A DNA stretch of 64,000 bases from Nitrospirota bacterium (GTDB lineage: Bacteria > Nitrospirota > UBA9217). The notes under the pieces were generated by a model that saw only the letters and a list, made by a program, of their open reading frames with translations, was not told the origin of the DNA and did no database searches. Location: positions 122,742 through 186,741 of the forward strand of contig CAVVOB010000015.1 in NCBI GenBank assembly GCA_963749655.1. The letters run 5' to 3'. This document shows, in pieces, positions 50,301 through 62,879 of the stretch (positions within the stretch are counted from its first letter, which is position 1; each line of letters starts with the position of its first letter). Made by a program: the position numbers and the translations under genes.

Positions 50301-53300
50301 GTGCCGGACCATGTGGTTCGCCCCATTTCTGAGCGTCCTCATCGTGATATATTCGGCCTTATCGAATCCCGTTGCATTGGGAGCGGCCCTGCCCCTCCTC
50401 GCGCTCTGGCTTGCTTCCCCTGTCATCGCGTGGTGGATCAGCAGGCCGCTTGCCTTACAGGTCGAACGATTGACGGACGACCAGACCCTTTTTCTCCGAA
50501 AGCTTTCCCGAAAAACCTGGTCCTTCTTCGAGACCTTTGTCGGGCCGGAGGACAATTGGCTGCCGCCTGACAACTATCAGGAGCATCCTGTTCCCGTTGT
50601 CGCTCATCGCACGTCGCCCACGAACATGGGGCTCGCGCTGCTGGCCAATCTCTCGGCCCTTGACTTCGGCTACCTTGCAGCGGGGCAGTTCATCGACCGC
50701 ACGACGAAGGCATTCTCTGCGATGCAGACCCTTGCACGATACCGGGGCCACTTTTTCAACTGGTACGACACGCGGTCCCTGAAGCCGCTCGCGCCCAGGT
50801 ATATATCCACCGTGGACAGCGGGAATCTTGCCGCCCATCTGCTCACCTTGCGGCAGGGTCTGCTGGCGCTTCCCGATCAGAAGATCGTGCATCCGAAATT
50901 GTTCAGCGGGCTCTCCGACACCCTGCAGGTTCTCGTGGACGAGTTGGCAGCTGAAGAATCAACTTCTGGTCAGCATGAAGAACATATTTACGGCGAAAAC
51001 GCCTCGGGAGGATTAAAGCCGGGGCGCCTTCGCGGTTCAAGCCTTTTTGATTCAACCGGTCTCGATCAACTTCAAATCGACCTGGAGTCCGCCTACACTT
51101 CCCCGCCGACCACGCTCGCGGCTGCGAGGCTCCGCCTTGAGGCCCTGACAACGTCCGCGGAGAAACTGTTTTCCCGGATCGACGATTCCAATATCCACCG
51201 GGAAAATCAGGCAGCACGGTGGGCGCGCGCCTTTGCCGCGCAATGCCGGGCCGCGCTTGACGAACTGACCCTTCTCGCCCCGCTGTCCGATCGCGATGCC
51301 GATGAGATCCCGACGCTGCGCGATCTGGCGCAACGAGGAAACGACATCGCCGCAGAGAGGATCAAGGCCATCGAACGGCTCGCAGTGCAGTGCCGATGAA
51401 CTGAGCCGCATGGAGTACGACTTCCTGTTCGACAGGTCGAGTCATTTACTGGCCATCGGGTACAACGTCGACGGCCGCAGGCGGGACACGAGTTACTACG
51501 ATCTGCTGGCTTCGGAAGCGAGACTCTGCAGTTTCGTCGGGATTGCGCAGGGTCAATTGCCGCAGGAGAGCTGGTTTGCCCTGGGCCGACTGCTCACGAA
51601 CGCCGGCGGAGCGCCGGTCCTCGTTTCCTGGAGCGGTTCGATGTTCGAATACCTCATGCCGCTCCTGGTGATGCCGACGTATGAGCGTACACTGCTCGAT
51701 GAGACCTGCAAAGCCGCCGTGGCCAGGCAGATCGAGTATGGGAAAGAGCGCGGGGTGGCCTGGGGCATTTCGGAATCCGGCTACAACACGATCGACGCTC
51801 AGCTCAATTACCAGTACCGGGCCTTCGGCGTTCCCGGTCTGGGGCTCAAACGCGGCCTCGCCGACGATCTGGTCGTCGCGCCCTATGCCTCGGCGCTTGC
51901 GCTCATGGTGGCGCCCGAGGAGGCCTGCCTGAATCTGCAGCGGCTCGCTGCGGAAGGCGTTGAGGGGAATTTCGGGTTCTATGAAGCGATCGATCACACG
52001 CCTTCCCGTCTGCAGCGCGGCCAAACGAGCGTCGTGGTCCGGTCCTTCATGGCCCATCATGAGGGCATGAGCTTTCTCTCTCTTGCCTATCTGCTGCTGG
52101 ACCGTCCGCATGCAGAAACGCTTCGAAGCGGACCCCTTGTTCCAGGCGACCATGCTGCTGCTCCAGGAGCGGGTGCCGAGGGCCACGGCCTTCTATTCGC
52201 AGATTGCCGAACGTTCCGAGTCCTACACTGCTTCCCCCGGCGCCGAAGCCGTCGGTGCGCGTTTTCACCGGCCCGGACACCCTGTCTCCCCAGGTGCAGC
52301 TGCTGTCGAACGGCAGATACCACGTGATGATCACGAACGCCGGGGGCGGGTACAGCCGCTGGAAGGACATCGCGATCACGCGCTGGCAGGAAGACGGCAC
52401 CCGCGACGATTGGGGCGCATTCTGTTACATCCGCGACGCGGGAAGCGGGGAGTTCTGGTCAACGGCGTATCAGCCTGCGCTCAAACGCTCGAAGAATTAT
52501 GAGGCGATCTTCTCGGAAGGCCGGGCCGAGTTTCGCCGCCGGGACCATGACATCGACACCCATACCGAGATCGCCGTATCTCCCGAGGATGATATCGAGC
52601 TGCGCAGGATCACGATCACCAACCGCGGCCGGACACGCAGAGAGATCGAGGTCACGAGTTACGCGGAGGTCGTCCTTGCGCCGCCTGCCGCGGACGCGCT
52701 GCATCCGGCGTTCAGCAATCTTTTTGTTCAGACGGAGATCATCGAGCAACGGCAGGCGATCCTCTGCACCCGCCGTCCCCGCTCCCGGGACGAGCACTCG
52801 CCCTGGATGTTCCATCTGATGGCCGTCCACGGGGCGGAAATCGGCGACGTTTCCTACGAGACCGACCGCCTGCAGTTCATCGGACGGGGAAGGACCGTTG
52901 CCGACCCGCAGGCAATGGACGGCCCGGGGGCGCTCTCGGGAAGCCAGGGCTCGGTGCTCGACCCGATCGTCGCCATCCGATATCGGATCACTCTTGACCC
53001 GGACAAATCGGCAACGATCAATATCGTCACCGGGATCGGCTGAAACCCGGGACCTCTGCATGGGCCTTGTCGAGAAATATCAGGACCGGCGACTTGCGGA
53101 CCGCGTCTTCGATCTCGCCTGGACCCACAGCCAGGTGCTCCTGCGCCAGATCAATGCCACGGAAGCCGATGCGCAGCTCTATGGACGCCTTGCCGGCTCC
53201 GTGCTCTATGCCAATTCTTCTCTGCGCGCCGATCCGGGCGTTATCCTGAAGAACCGCCGCGGACAGTCCGGCCTCTGGGGCTACTCCATTTCCGGAGATC

Positions 53301-56122
53301 TCCCGATCGTGCTGCTGCGGATCGAGGATCCGGCAAATATCGACCTGGTGCGCCAGCTCGTACAAGCCCACGCGTACTGGCGTCTCAAGGGGCTGGCGGT
53401 GGACCTCGTGATCTGGAACGAAGACCACGCCGGGTACCGGCAGCTGCTGCAGGAGCAGATCATGGGGCTCATTGCCGCAGGCGTCGAAGCGAACGTGACG
53501 GAACGTCCGGGCGGCATCTTCGTGCGACCGGTGGACCAGATATCGAACGAGGACCGGATCCTGCTTCAAACAGTCGCCCGCGCCGTCATCACCGACAGCC
53601 TCGGCCCGCTCGCGGACCAGGTAAACCGTCGCGCGCTTGCAACGGCGCCCGCGCCGCGCCTCATCCCGACGCGGGCCTACAGCCCTGAAGCCCCTCCTCT
53701 CGCGATACACGCCCGCGAAGACCTGTTGTTCTTTAACGGTTTCGGAGGATTCACGCCTGACGGCCGCGAATACATCATTACGACCGCAACGCGGCAGAAG
53801 ACCCCGGCGCCCTGGGTGAATGTGCTGGCAAATCCGCATTTCGGGACGATTATTTCGGAGAGCGGAGCTGCCTACACCTGGAGCGAAAATGCCCACGAGT
53901 TCCGCCTCACTCCCTGGAACAACGATCCCCTGTCCGATTCCGGCGGAGAGGCGTTTTATCTCCGTGATGAAGAAAGCGGCCATTTCTGGTCCCCCTTGCC
54001 GCTGCCGGGCTGCGGGACGATGCATTACGTCACCCGCCACGGGTTCGGCTACAGCGTCTTTGAACACATGGAGGACGGGATCCGTTCGGAGGTCTGGGTT
54101 TACGTTGCAATGGATGCGTCGGTCAAATTCACGGCACTGAAGGTGAAAAACGAATCAGGCCGTCCGCGCCGTCTCTCGGCCACCGGTTACGTGGAATGGG
54201 TGCTGGGAGATCTGCGGCCGAAAACGGCAATGCAGGTGATCACCGAGATCGATCCCAAAACCGGCGCGATCTTCAGCCGGAACCCCTATAACCCGGAGTT
54301 CGCCGACCGGACGGCATTCTTCGACGCAGGCGAGGCGACCCGGACCGTGACCGGCGACCGGACCGAGTTTCTCGGTCGGAACGGCACGCTTCAAAGACCG
54401 GCTGCCATGACCCGTGCGCGGCTTTCCGGAAGGGTCGGCGCCGCCCTCGACCCCTGCGCCGCCATCCAGGTACCCTTCGATCTGGCGGACGGGCAGGAGC
54501 GGGAAATCATCTTCAGGCTCGGCGCAGGGAGAAACGCCGATGACGCCGGCAACGTGGTGCGCCGCTTCCGGGGATCCGCAGCCGCGCGCGGGGCGCTTGA
54601 GAAGGTCTGGGAGTATTGGAACCGCACCCTCGGCGCGGTGCAGGTGGAAACGCCCGACCAATCCGTCAACATGCTGGCCAACGGCTGGCTGCTATACCAG
54701 ACGCTGGCATGCCGTGTCTGGGCGCGAAGCGGATACTACCAGTCCGGCGGCGCATTCGGTTTCCGCGACCAGCTGCAGGACGCGATGGCGCTCATTCATT
54801 CCGAGCCGCGGCTTGTGCGCGAGCACCTCCTCCTCTGCGCGGCCCATCAGTTCAAGGAGGGAGATGTCCAGCATTGGTGGCATCCCCCTGTGGGGCGGGG
54901 CGTGCGCACGCGCTGTTCCGACGATTTTCTCTGGCTGCCCCTGGCCGCGTGCCGCTATGTTCTCGCAACCGGAGACACGGGAGTGCTGGATGAAACGGTC
55001 CGTTTCATCGAGGGCCGCCCGATGAACCCGGACGAGGACTCGTATTACGATCTTCCCCGCCCGTCCGAGGAATCGGCAAGCTTGTACGAGCACTGTGTGC
55101 GGGCCGTTCTGAAGGGCCTCACCCGCGGCGAGCACGGCCTACCGCTCATGGGCTCCGGTGATTGGAACGACGGCATGAACCTGGTCGGCAGGCACGGCAA
55201 GGGAGAAAGCGTCTGGCTCGGATTTTTCCTGCATGAAGTGCTGGTGCGGTTCTCCGAGATCGCGCTTCTGCACAACGATCCGTCATTCGCCGAACGCTGC
55301 CAAGAGGAAGCCGCTCGTTTGCAGGCGAGCATCGAGGAGCACGGCTGGGACGGCGAGTGGTATCGGCGCGCTTACTTCGACGACGGCTCTCCGCTGGGTT
55401 CTGCAAGCAACTCCGAATGCCGTATCGATTCCATTGCGCAAAGCTGGTCCGTTCTCTCCGGCGCCGGGGATAGGGAGCGCTCCCGCAAGGCAATGGAAGC
55501 GGTGGACAAGCTTCTTGTTCGACGGGAGCATGGCCTGATCCAGCTCCTGGACCCTCCCTTCGACAAATCGGATCTGGACCCCGGCTACATCAAAGGCTAC
55601 GTTCCCGGTGTAAGGGAGAACGGCGGGCAGTATACCCATGCGGCGATCTGGACAGCCATGGCCTTTGCCGCGTTGGGCGACAGCAACCGCTCATGGGAGA
55701 TGCTGGCAATGATCAATCCGATAAACCATGCGAGCTCAGCCGAAAAGATCGCGATCTATAGAGGAGAACCCTACGTTGTCGCCGCCGACGTTTATGCGTC
55801 CCCTTCGCACATCGGGCAAGGCGGATGGACCTGGTATACGGGATCGGCAGGATGGATGTACCGGCTTATCGTTGAATCGCTTCTCGGGGTGCGGCTCGAA
55901 ACGGACAAGCTGCGCTTCGAGCCATGCCTGCCTGGGGCATGGGATGCGTTCAAGGTGCACTATCGGTACCGGGAAACCATTTACCATATCACTGTTCGGC
56001 AACGACGCGACCATGGCGGGACGGTCGTAACCGTCGACGGGATTGAGCAAATCGGCGAGACCATTTCCCTTATCGACGACCGTCAGGAACACACGGTCGA
56101 GGTGGGACTTGCGGCAAGGTAG
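47358..56122 (+). CDS. Cyclic beta-1,2-glucan synthase-like protein with C-terminal GH94 phosphorylase domains (Cgs/NdvB-like), split by many frameshifts
   Basis: Consecutive ORFs carry [86 protein letters not shown]; TTG start after AAGGAG is inferred. Confidence 0.85.
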
Positions 56123-56280
56123 ATTTCTACCTCGCGGATTTACCGATACAGAACTCACAAACCTGCAGGCTGGCTGCGTGCATGCAGATCTCAAGGTGCC
56201 CTGTCATCCCACCCCGAAAACAGCATCGTTCTTCATAACTATACCCTATTGCCCAAAAGCTCCTTTTCCGGTATAGCCGG

Positions 56281-56390
56281 GTAGGTCGGGTAGAACGTCT
56301 TTTGTGAAACCCGACGCTTATTTGCCGGAATACTCGCAGTAGCGCAAGGGACCGAAGATGTCGGGTTTCGCTGCGCTCTACCCGACCTAC
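56281..56390. repeat. GTAG-type REP inverted doublet
   Basis: GTAGGTCGGGTAGAACG...GAAACCCGAC and TGTCGGGTTTCGCTGCGCTCTACCCGACCTAC. Confidence 0.75.
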
Positions 56391-56489
56391 CAGCTGGAAT
56401 AGAACCCGTTCGCATTATTGACACAAATACTACCAAGTGATATATTGTTGTTACGTGGAATGACGGAAGAAATGAGGTGAGATTTAATT

Positions 56490-56714
56490 ATGACGACCGC
56501 CACTCAATCGATTCTCAAGCAGGCGCTAAATCTAAACCCGGTGGAACGGGCGGAATTGATCGAAGAACTTTTTCACAGTTTCGATAAGGCCCATAATGAT
56601 AAAATCGATAGCCTCTGGGCTAACGAGTCGGAGGCGCGGATTGATGCATATGAGGCGGGAAAAATCACCTCAGATTCCGCAAAGGGAGTTTTCGAGCGAA
56701 TCAATAAACGATGA
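56490..56714 (+). CDS. Addiction-module antitoxin (paralog of 45416-45631)
   Basis: ALNLNPVERAELIEEL...LWANESEARIDAYEAGK; promoter TTGACA(56418)-17bp-TATATT. Confidence 0.85.
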   Translation: MTTATQSILKQALNLNPVERAELIEELFHSFDKAHNDKIDSLWANESEARIDAYEAGKITSDSAKGVFERINKR

Positions 56715-56890
56715 ACATCCGCATCCTATCGTGTGCAGAGCAGGAACTTGCTGATGCGGTTGACTACTATAATAAACAATGTCCCGGTCTCGGATTTGAA
56801 TTTGCAGCCGAAGTGAAGAGTACCCTTACCCGCATCATCTCCTTCCCGGAAGCATGGCCTCACCTTTCCCAACGCTCAAGACGCTGCTAA
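56711..56890 (+). pseudogene. Truncated RelE/ParE toxin (59 aa)
   Basis: MNIRILSCAEQELADAVDYYNKQCPGLGFEF...FPEAWP...RRC*; lacks the FPY-containing C-terminal part. Confidence 0.75.
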
Positions 56891-57019
56891 GAGCGCCTGG
56901 GCTGCGATGAAGCAATGGAGTGAAGGCCAACCGGCAGCTTGTCCATAGGATATTCAATCGGGTAGCAGTGGATTCTCTCCCCCAGCCCCCACACCACCTG
57001 GCAGGCGGCCGCCCGATAT

Positions 57020-57487
57020 CTACGACTGCTTCACGATGAGTACGGGGATGGCCGCATTGTCCGCAACTTCCCTGCTGACGCTTCCCATGAACAGGTGCGT
57101 GGTCCTTTTGCCCCGCGCACCGACTATGATCATGTCCGCTTTCTCTTCCCCGGCTGTCTTCAAAATCTCTTCAGCGGGATGCCCTTTTCTGATGATCTGC
57201 TTGACGTTGGTCAGGCCTTTGTCCGCCAAAGCCTTTTGATAGTAATCCAGGACGGTCCGCGCCTTTTTGTCCAGTGCGTTCTGATATTCCGTTCCGGTCA
57301 GTACATTTTTCAGTGTCGCCATTTCCGCGTCTCCAAGCATCTCGGCAATGAGCGACTTGCCCTCGAATTTCTCCACATAGACCAATCCGATGAATTCGGG
57401 ACGGATGCAGGAGCAAATATCCGCGAATGTAGAAAAAGCGTTCTTCGTACCGATGGTATCGTCTGCCGCAATAAGTATTCTCTTCAT
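57020..57487 (-). CDS. Universal stress protein
   Basis: MKRILIAADD...GHPAEEIL...DMIIVGARG...MGSVS...PVLIV. Confidence 0.92.
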   Translation of the reverse strand: MKRILIAADDTIGTKNAFSTFADICSCIRPEFIGLVYVEKFEGKSLIAEMLGDAEMATLKNVLTGTEYQNALDKKARTVLDYYQKALADKGLTNVKQIIRKGHPAEEILKTAGEEKADMIIVGARGKRTTHLFMGSVSREVADNAAIPVLIVKQS

Positions 57488-57991
57488 TGTTCCCCCTTTT
57501 CTGTGCCTGCGTTTTAAGAATGCGCATTTTCAGATATGTTAAATTATCGATAGTCTCGTGACCATCCATTGGAAACAAAAGAAAGCGATGGTTGTCCGGA
57601 TGGATTTTTTGACTCGGCGGTTTTCCGTCTTTTATCGGCCGAAAATCAGTATAGGGAAACAATAGCACAATTAAAGTACGAATGCAGAAAGTACGTTTTA
57701 AAGCGGAACACCCGGCAATGGGGTTGATCCGGTTTTCCGTCCGGTTGACGGTTCGCTTCTGTGGAATTCGCGTTCCGGAACATTCAGCATATCTTGCTAT
57801 TGCACGACTGGCTTTGTTTCCTTCACAGCAGGACAAAAGCATAAACACGCGATACAATAATAGTGAAGAACGGCAATCCCGCGACCTGGCATCCCCCGGC
57901 GCCTGCCGGGGGGGCTCCTCTCTGAGAGCATACCGAGCTGTTCTCCGTGCAGTCAGATTGCATCGAATAACGTGATATACTAAGGAAATCT

Positions 57992-59686
57992 ATGAAAGTA
58001 AGCCAACGGGCAGGAAAGCCCGCAGAACCATCCATGCTGGTCAACGTTCCGCAACTAATTACTGCCTACTATGCGGTGACGCCCGTCCCCGGCATAACCG
58101 GGCAGCGTGTTGCCTTCGGCACTTCGGGGCACCGCGGTTCTTCCCTCGAAAGGACCTTTAATGAACGTCACATCCTTGCCATCACCCAGGCTATCTGTCT
58201 TTATCGCGCGGGAAATAAAATAGACGGACCCCTTTTTCTCGGCATGGACACCCATGCCCTTTCCGTGCCTGCGTTTGCCAGCGCACTTGAGGTTCTGGCG
58301 GCCAACGGTGTGGAGGTCATGATCGCGGAAAAAGAAGAATACACACCCACGCCTGTTATATCCCATGCGATCCTCACGTACAACCGCGGGCGCCGGACGG
58401 GACTCGCTGACGGCATCGTGATCACCCCATCCCATAACCCGCCGCAGGACGGCGGATTCAAATACAATCCCCCAAACGGCGGGCCGGCGGAACGCGCCGT
58501 TACCAGCTGGATCGAGGCGAAAGCGAACGAATTTCTTGAGAATGACCTGAAGGGCGTGAGAAGAGCGCCCTATGAGAAGGCAGTGCGGGCAGATACGACG
58601 CGCCGGCACGATTACCTCGATTCCTATGTAAACGATTTGGGCAGCGTGATCGACATGGAGGTTATTCGGGGCGCGAATATCAGTCTGGGTGTGGACCCGC
58701 TCGGCGGCGCCGGCGTCCACTACTGGCCTCTGATCGCAGAACGATACGGTTTGGATCTCACGGTCGTGAACGACGCTGTGGACCCGACCTTCCGATTTAT
58801 GTCGGTCGACTGGGATGGTCAGATCCGCATGGACCCGTCATCACCTTACGCAATGCAGCGGATGATCGGCCTGAAGGACCGCTTCGATATCGCTTTCGCC
58901 TGCGATACCGACGCCGACAGGCACGGCATTGTAACGCGCACGGCCGGATTGATGAACCCCAATCACTACCTTTCGGCCGCCATTCTCTACCTTTTCCAGC
59001 ACCGGGCGAAATGGCGCAGGGAAGCGGCGATCGGAAAGACCGTGGTGAGCAGCGGGATGATCGATCGCGTCGCTGCCAAGCTCGGCCGGAAGCTTTATGA
59101 AGTGCCTGTCGGTTTCAAGTGGTTTGTCGACGGCCTGCTCGACGGTTCTCTCGGGTTCGGGGGCGAGGAAAGCGCGGGCGCTTCCTTTCTCCGCCGGGAT
59201 GGTGCCGTCTGGACAACTGACAAGGACGGGATCGTCCCGGCCCTGCTTGCGGCGGAGATCACGGCGCGTATGGGCCGCGACCCCGGCGAGCTCTATCGTG
59301 AGCTTACCGCCGAGTTCGGTGAGCCGCTGTACGACCGGTTCGAAGCGCCTGCGACTCCCGGGCAAAAAGAGATCCTGAAACAACTCTCTCCGCGCCAGGT
59401 TACGTCGACCGTTTTGGCCGGGGAGACGATAGAGAGCATCCTCACCCTGGCGCCCGGCAACAACGCTCCAATCGGCGGGTTGAAGGTGATGACAAAAAGC
59501 GGATGGTTCGCGGCACGACCGTCGGGGACCGAGAACATTTACAAGATATACGCGGAAAGCTTCCTCGGCAAGGACCATTTGCATCGTATCCAGGAGGAAG
59601 CGCAGTCGATCGTCGGACATGTTCTGGCGGCGTCTTCGCAGCAGTCGAAGCTTCCGTCCGGGCCGACACCGAAGGAGAAGCGATGA
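57992..59686 (+). CDS. pgm: Phosphoglucomutase
   Basis: FGTSGHRG, TPSHNP, DTDADR, GEESAG, RPSGTE. Confidence 0.95.
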   Translation: MKVSQRAGKPAEPSMLVNVPQLITAYYAVTPVPGITGQRVAFGTSGHRGSSLERTFNERHILAITQAICLYRAGNKIDGPLFLGMDTHALSVPAFASALEVLAANGVEVMIAEKEEYTPTPVISHAILTYNRGRRTGLADGIVITPSHNPPQDGGFKYNPPNGGPAERAVTSWIEAKANEFLENDLKGVRRAPYEKAVRADTTRRHDYLDSYVNDLGSVIDMEVIRGANISLGVDPLGGAGVHYWPLIAERYGLDLTVVNDAVDPTFRFMSVDWDGQIRMDPSSPYAMQRMIGLKDRFDIAFACDTDADRHGIVTRTAGLMNPNHYLSAAILYLFQHRAKWRREAAIGKTVVSSGMIDRVAAKLGRKLYEVPVGFKWFVDGLLDGSLGFGGEESAGASFLRRDGAVWTTDKDGIVPALLAAEITARMGRDPGELYRELTAEFGEPLYDRFEAPATPGQKEILKQLSPRQVTSTVLAGETIESILTLAPGNNAPIGGLKVMTKSGWFAARPSGTENIYKIYAESFLGKDHLHRIQEEAQSIVGHVLAASSQQSKLPSGPTPKEKR

Positions 59687-62229
59687 GCGACCAGACACCT
59701 GCCGGCACGTTTATCTACGGCCTTTTACCCACGGAAGTCGAAGGATTCGATTCCCTTGCCGCGCTGGCCCTGGATATGCACTGGTATTGGAACCATTCCG
59801 CGGACGAGGTATGGAGGCAGCTTGATCCCGCACTATGGGAGATTACCTCCAACCCCTGGGTCGTCCTGCAAACCGTCTCGCGGGACCAGCTCCGTCGTGC
59901 ATTAGCCGAGCCCGCTTTCCGCAAGAAGGTTGATGACCTCTTGCGGGCCAAGCGACGCGATGCGGAATCCCCCGCATGGTTCCAGCAGGAACATCCGCGG
60001 GCGCCGCTCACCTCAGTCGCCTATTTCAGCATGGAATTCATGTTGAGCGAAGCTCTCCCGATTTACTCGGGCGGACTGGGCAATGTTGCCGGCGATCAAC
60101 TCAAGGCCGCGAGCGATCTTGGCGTGCCGGTGGTCGGCGTAGGGCTGCTCTACCAGCAAGGGTATTTTCGCCAGGTGCTGGACAAGGACGGGGCGCAACA
60201 GGCTCTCTTCCCGTACAACGATCCCGGCCAATTGCCGATCACGCCCCTGCGCAAACCGAACGGGGACTGGCTGCGGCTGGAGATCGAGCTGCCCGGCTAC
60301 TCGGTATGGCTGCGCGCCTGGCAGGTCCAGGTCGGCAGGGTGAAGCTGTACCTGCTCGACAGTAATGACGCGGCGAACTCCCCAATACGTCGGGGAGTAA
60401 CCAGCGAGTTGTACGGGGGCAGCCCGGACCTGCGTCTCAATCAAGAGCTGGTGCTCGGGATCGGCGGATGGCGGCTGCTCACCGCCCTCGGCATCAGGCC
60501 CGAGGTATGCCATCTGAATGAAGGGCATGCTGCTTTCGCCGTGCTGGAACGCGCCCGGACCTTTATGGAAGAGACCGGCCGGCCCTTCGAAGTCGCGTTG
60601 GCCGCTACGCGGGCGGGCAATCTTTTTACCACGCACACTGCCGTAGCCGCCGGCTTTGACCGTTTCGCTCCCGACCTTATCGACCAATACCTCGGTTTGT
60701 ATGCCCGGAACAAGCTCGGCATCCCGATCCACGATTTAATGGCGCTTGGCCGCCAAAACCCGAAGGACTCTCTCGAACCCTTCAATATGGCGTACCTTGC
60801 CGTACGAGGCAGCGGGGCAATCAACGGGGTGAGCCGCCTTCACGGGAAGGTGAGCCGGCATCTCTTTGCGCCTCTTTTCCCGCAGTGGCCTGAGGAAGAC
60901 GTGCCAATCGGACACGTGACGAACGGGGTGCACATGTCAAGCTGGGATTCGGAGGAGTCCGACTCTCTCTGGACGGACGCATGCGGAAAGGACCGCTGGC
61001 ATGGAACGCTGGAAAACCTGGAAAAGGACATGCGCAGGCTTCCCGACACCAGGCTCTGGGAATGCCGCGCTTCCGCACGCGAGACTTTGATTGAATATAT
61101 TCGCGGCCGTCTTTTTCGGCAACGGGAATCTGAGGGCGCATCACCCGGAGAAGTTGAAGAAGCAAAGCATGTTTTCGACGTCAATGCCCTGACGCTGTGC
61201 ATCGCACGCCGCTTTGCCTCCTACAAGAGACCCACTCTGCTGCTCCACGATCCTGAGAGGCTCCTTCACATTCTCACCGATCCCAGGCGCCCGGTGCAGC
61301 TCGTTATTGCAGGAAAAGCCCACCCGGCGGACCAGGGAGGGCAGGACCTGATTAAGGAATGGACGCATTTCATCAGGCGGAACGAGGCGCGCAACCATGT
61401 GATCTTTTTGAGCGACTACGACATGTTTCTGACCGGACAACTCGTGCAGGGAACGGATGTCTGGATCAATACGCCGCGACGGCCCTGGGAAGCCTGCGGG
61501 ACGAGCGGCATGAAGATCCTTGTCAACGGAGGCCTTAATCTGTCGGAATTGGACGGCTGGTGGGCTGAAGCCTATACGCCTGAAGTGGGGTGGGCGATCG
61601 GGGACGGCAAGGAACATGGCGACGATCCGGCCCGGGATGCCGTTGAAGCGAAGGAGCTCTACGAGCTGATCGAACAAAAGGTGATCCCTGAATTTTACGA
61701 CCGCGACCCGAACGGCATCCCCGCGGCCTGGGTCGCCCGCGTCCGTGAGAGCATGTCCCGGCTGACACCCCGCTTTTCCAGCAACCGGACCGTGAGGGAA
61801 TACACCGAGCAACACTATCTCCCGGCTGCAGCCGCCTACCGTGAGCGGGCTGTCGATAAAGGTGCTGCGGGCAGAAACATAGTCAATTGGGAACATGCTC
61901 TGAAAGCAAAATGGGTCACGCTGCGCTTTGGCGACGTGCAGGTCCGGACAAAGGGGGCCGAGCACATATTTGAGGCAAAGGTGTATCTCGATGACATCGA
62001 CCCCGATGCGGTGCGGGTGGAGATTTACGCCGACGGCATCGCAGGCAGCGCGCCCGTGCGTCAGGAAATGAAGCGCGTTCGCCAACCGACCGGCGCCCCG
62101 GGCGGCCACGTCTACAGCGCGTCCGTGTCTGCGGCCCGCCCTTCAGCGGACTATACGGCGCGGGTGATACCGCACTTCGACGGCGCTGCGGTGCCTCTGG
62201 AAGACGCTCACATCCTGTGGCAGCGGTAA
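59683..62229 (+). CDS. glgP: Alpha-glucan (glycogen) phosphorylase
   Basis: YFSMEF, YSGGLG, HLNEGH, GKAHP, EACGTSGMK PLP motif. Confidence 0.93.
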   Translation: MSDQTPAGTFIYGLLPTEVEGFDSLAALALDMHWYWNHSADEVWRQLDPALWEITSNPWVVLQTVSRDQLRRALAEPAFRKKVDDLLRAKRRDAESPAWFQQEHPRAPLTSVAYFSMEFMLSEALPIYSGGLGNVAGDQLKAASDLGVPVVGVGLLYQQGYFRQVLDKDGAQQALFPYNDPGQLPITPLRKPNGDWLRLEIELPGYSVWLRAWQVQVGRVKLYLLDSNDAANSPIRRGVTSELYGGSPDLRLNQELVLGIGGWRLLTALGIRPEVCHLNEGHAAFAVLERARTFMEETGRPFEVALAATRAGNLFTTHTAVAAGFDRFAPDLIDQYLGLYARNKLGIPIHDLMALGRQNPKDSLEPFNMAYLAVRGSGAINGVSRLHGKVSRHLFAPLFPQWPEEDVPIGHVTNGVHMSSWDSEESDSLWTDACGKDRWHGTLENLEKDMRRLPDTRLWECRASARETLIEYIRGRLFRQRESEGASPGEVEEAKHVFDVNALTLCIARRFASYKRPTLLLHDPERLLHILTDPRRPVQLVIAGKAHPADQGGQDLIKEWTHFIRRNEARNHVIFLSDYDMFLTGQLVQGTDVWINTPRRPWEACGTSGMKILVNGGLNLSELDGWWAEAYTPEVGWAIGDGKEHGDDPARDAVEAKELYELIEQKVIPEFYDRDPNGIPAAWVARVRESMSRLTPRFSSNRTVREYTEQHYLPAAAAYRERAVDKGAAGRNIVNWEHALKAKWVTLRFGDVQVRTKGAEHIFEAKVYLDDIDPDAVRVEIYADGIAGSAPVRQEMKRVRQPTGAPGGHVYSASVSAARPSADYTARVIPHFDGAAVPLEDAHILWQR

Positions 62230-62252
62230 TCCGATCAAAGGAAGAAAATACA

Positions 62253-62879
62253 ATGAAGAGAGCGACTGCAATCACCTGCTTGTTTCTGGATATCGGAGGC
62301 GTCCTGCTCACCAATGGGTGGGACCATCACGCCCGCAAAAGGGCGGCAGCGAACTTCAAACTGAATTTTCCCGAGATGGAGGACCGGCATCACCTTACCT
62401 TCGACGCCTTCGAGGAGGGGAAGATCACGCTGAAAGAATATCTGGATCGGGTGGTCTTCTGCCAAAAGCGGCCGTTCACCCGGGCCCGGTTTCGGCGCTT
62501 CATGTTCGCACAATCGAAACCCTACACCGGGATGATCGAGTTAGTCCGCCGGCTTAAGGCCCGATATGGATTGAAGATCGTCGCGGTCAGCAACGAAGCG
62601 CGGGAACTGAATGAATACAGGGTCCGAAGGTACAAGCTGGATGGGTTCGTGGATTTTTTCATTTCCTCCAGCTTCGTCCACCTGCGAAAGCCCGACGCGG
62701 ACATCTTTCAGCTTGCGCTGGATATCTCCCAGGTGCCGGCCAGGCACATAGTCTATGTTGAAAACACACCGATGTTCGTCCAGGTCGCGGACGGTTTGGG
62801 GATTCCCAGCATTCTTCATAGGGATTACGCATCCACGTGCAAGCAGCTGGCCGCGCGCGGATTGGAGGCGTCGGAATGA
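62253..62879 (+). CDS. HAD-superfamily hydrolase
   Basis: FLDIGGVL, SNE, RKPD motifs. Confidence 0.85.
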   Translation: MKRATAITCLFLDIGGVLLTNGWDHHARKRAAANFKLNFPEMEDRHHLTFDAFEEGKITLKEYLDRVVFCQKRPFTRARFRRFMFAQSKPYTGMIELVRRLKARYGLKIVAVSNEARELNEYRVRRYKLDGFVDFFISSSFVHLRKPDADIFQLALDISQVPARHIVYVENTPMFVQVADGLGIPSILHRDYASTCKQLAARGLEASE

